From Candidatus Poribacteria bacterium (lineage in GTDB: Bacteria; Poribacteria; WGA-4E; WGA-3G), in the NCBI GenBank assembly GCA_963665235.2, contig CAXXLX010000001.1, positions 608,001 to 672,000 on the forward strand: 64,000 nt of DNA, written 5' to 3'. The notes under the pieces were generated by a model. It was not told the DNA's origin. It saw only the letters and a list, made by a program, of their open reading frames with translations, and searched no databases. Positions 62,585 through 64,000 of this stretch are shown here, one piece after another. The stretch's first letter is position 1; the number at the start of each line of letters is the position of its first letter. The position numbers and the translations under genes are program-made.

Positions 62585-63682
62585 TTAGATACTATACGAA
62601 AGGCCATCCGTATTAGATTCCGCATGTGCTTTAAGGGTTCGCCTATCGATACCTAAGGAGGCCGCGGCCTTAGCTAATGTTGGATGTTTCGCCATGCGTG
62701 CTTGCACCACTTGACGTTGAACGTCGCGTAAGCTCATATTTTCCGCGCAGAATATCTCCGTTTCAAGTGAGCGCGGGAGACTTTTTAAGCATGTGCGTAT
62801 GATTCCATACTGAGTCTCTGCCGGAAGTGCTTTCAATTGCGAAATCAACTCCACAACAGATATTGAATGTGAAGGTGTCTGCTTTCTCAAAGGCTGCTGC
62901 GAATTGTGTTCAACTGAAAAGTTATGTGGAAAATCCGCAAGTTCAAGTGTATCAGCGGTTGTATGTGCAATAGCCACTCGAATCGTGTTTCGCAGCTGGC
63001 GGATGTTGCCTGGCCACCTTGCCTGTTCAAGACGCGCGAGTGCTTCAGGCGTAAACCCCTTAATAGTTTTGCGTCGTCCAACGTTATGTTCGGCGATAAA
63101 AAGGTTCACCAAAGGCGCGATATCTTCCGTTCGCTCCCGAAGTGGTGGAATCTTGAGCACCACACCGCTGAGGCGGTAGTAGAGATCCACTCTAAATTTC
63201 TGTTCCGCGATTGCTGTATCAACGTCTATGTTTGTCGCTGCGATAATTTGAACATCGGATGTCAAGACCTGATTGCCACCGAGGCGCGTGAATTTATTTG
63301 TGTCCAAGAAGCGGAGAAACATCTTCTGGGCATCGAGGGACATTTCTGTAATTTCATCTAAAAAGAGGGTGCTCCGATTTGCCTCCTCAAATGTCCCACG
63401 CCGCTGTTGGTCCGCACCGGTAAAAGCCCCCTTTTCATGACCAAACAGCTCACTTTGCAAGAGCTCAGCGGAGAATCTACCACAATTGATGGCTACAAGT
63501 GGTTTGTCTCGTCTTAAACTATTGGCGTGAATATATTCCACAATACCTTCTTTACCAACACCGGTCTCGCCGATAATGAAGAACGGCATCTCAATATTTG
63601 ACGCGTGCACTTGTTGAACCTCGTCATAAATTGCCTGCATTGGTGCTGATGGTAATTCGATAAATGTTGGTGGTTTTTTCAT
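62585..63682 (-). CDS. Sigma54-interacting transcriptional activator without sensory domain
   Basis: GETGVGKE, SELFGHEKGAFTGA, LFLDEI, WPGNIRQL, HTH AAASLGIDRRTL. Confidence 0.9.
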   Translation of the reverse strand: MKKPPTFIELPSAPMQAIYDEVQQVHASNIEMPFFIIGETGVGKEGIVEYIHANSLRRDKPLVAINCGRFSAELLQSELFGHEKGAFTGADQQRRGTFEEANRSTLFLDEITEMSLDAQKMFLRFLDTNKFTRLGGNQVLTSDVQIIAATNIDVDTAIAEQKFRVDLYYRLSGVVLKIPPLRERTEDIAPLVNLFIAEHNVGRRKTIKGFTPEALARLEQARWPGNIRQLRNTIRVAIAHTTADTLELADFPHNFSVEHNSQQPLRKQTPSHSISVVELISQLKALPAETQYGIIRTCLKSLPRSLETEIFCAENMSLRDVQRQVVQARMAKHPTLAKAAASLGIDRRTLKAHAESNTDGLSYSI

Positions 63683-63784
63683 AACAACCTCCTTTTTTGC
63701 AAAAAATGATACCAAAATCCATTTTTTGAGTCAAGAAAAATTTTAATGTCCACAACCCCTGTCACCTCCAAAATTATCCCATAA

Positions 63785-63836
63785 GGCAATTTCTGCTGCG
63801 GATAACGACAATTTCTGCCGCCGATAGCGACAATTT
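63785..63836. promoter_or_regulatory. 22-bp phased direct repeats, candidate activator-binding sites
   Basis: CAATTTCTGC[TC]GC[GC]GATA[AG]CGA x2 plus a partial third copy. Confidence 0.45.
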
Positions 63837-64000
63837 GTGTATACCGTGTATTGCAAACAGATGTCGTGTCTTCAGCACATCGAGTTTTTTGAAATAAATT
63901 TATGTTTTAGGCATCCTATGGTTAACCGCTTTGTAGACGTGCGTTTTGGAGGTATACCCGTGAGAAAAATCGTTATGGCATCAGCGGTTTTGATACGGAC

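Overview
Bacterial chromosomal window (~50% GC), most consistent with a Candidatus Poribacteria-type genome (inferred from a WD40-cohesin-FlgD protein, LamG/DUF1080/TolB secreted proteins and expanded PhyH and amidohydrolase families). Housekeeping genes are guaB, nuoI, nagB, a pyrR-pyrC-carA-carB operon with a PyrR attenuator, a UbiD decarboxylase, polA, YqeY and an RRM protein. Small mobile DNA is very dense: GTAG-type REP arrays, at least five MITE families (several with target-site duplications), an IS1595 element with a frameshifted transposase and a TnpB-only IS200/IS605 element. The most interesting signals are (1) a ~430-bp element bounded by IS200/IS605 ends that carries a structured non-coding RNA-like interior instead of a gene, (2) a solitary CRISPR-like repeat with a leader-like flank and no cas genes, (3) a shared C-terminal PVEP-x-K-x3-WG-x-[LI]K tail on unrelated secreted proteins, (4) REP/palindrome-derived in-frame insertions in pyrC, carA and carB, (5) a 152-bp MITE that duplicates 7-bp AT-rich targets, including the guaB -10 box, and (6) a decayed defence island in which a MITE replaces the core of a DNA methyltransferase. 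All calls come from reading the sequence; no database searches were run.
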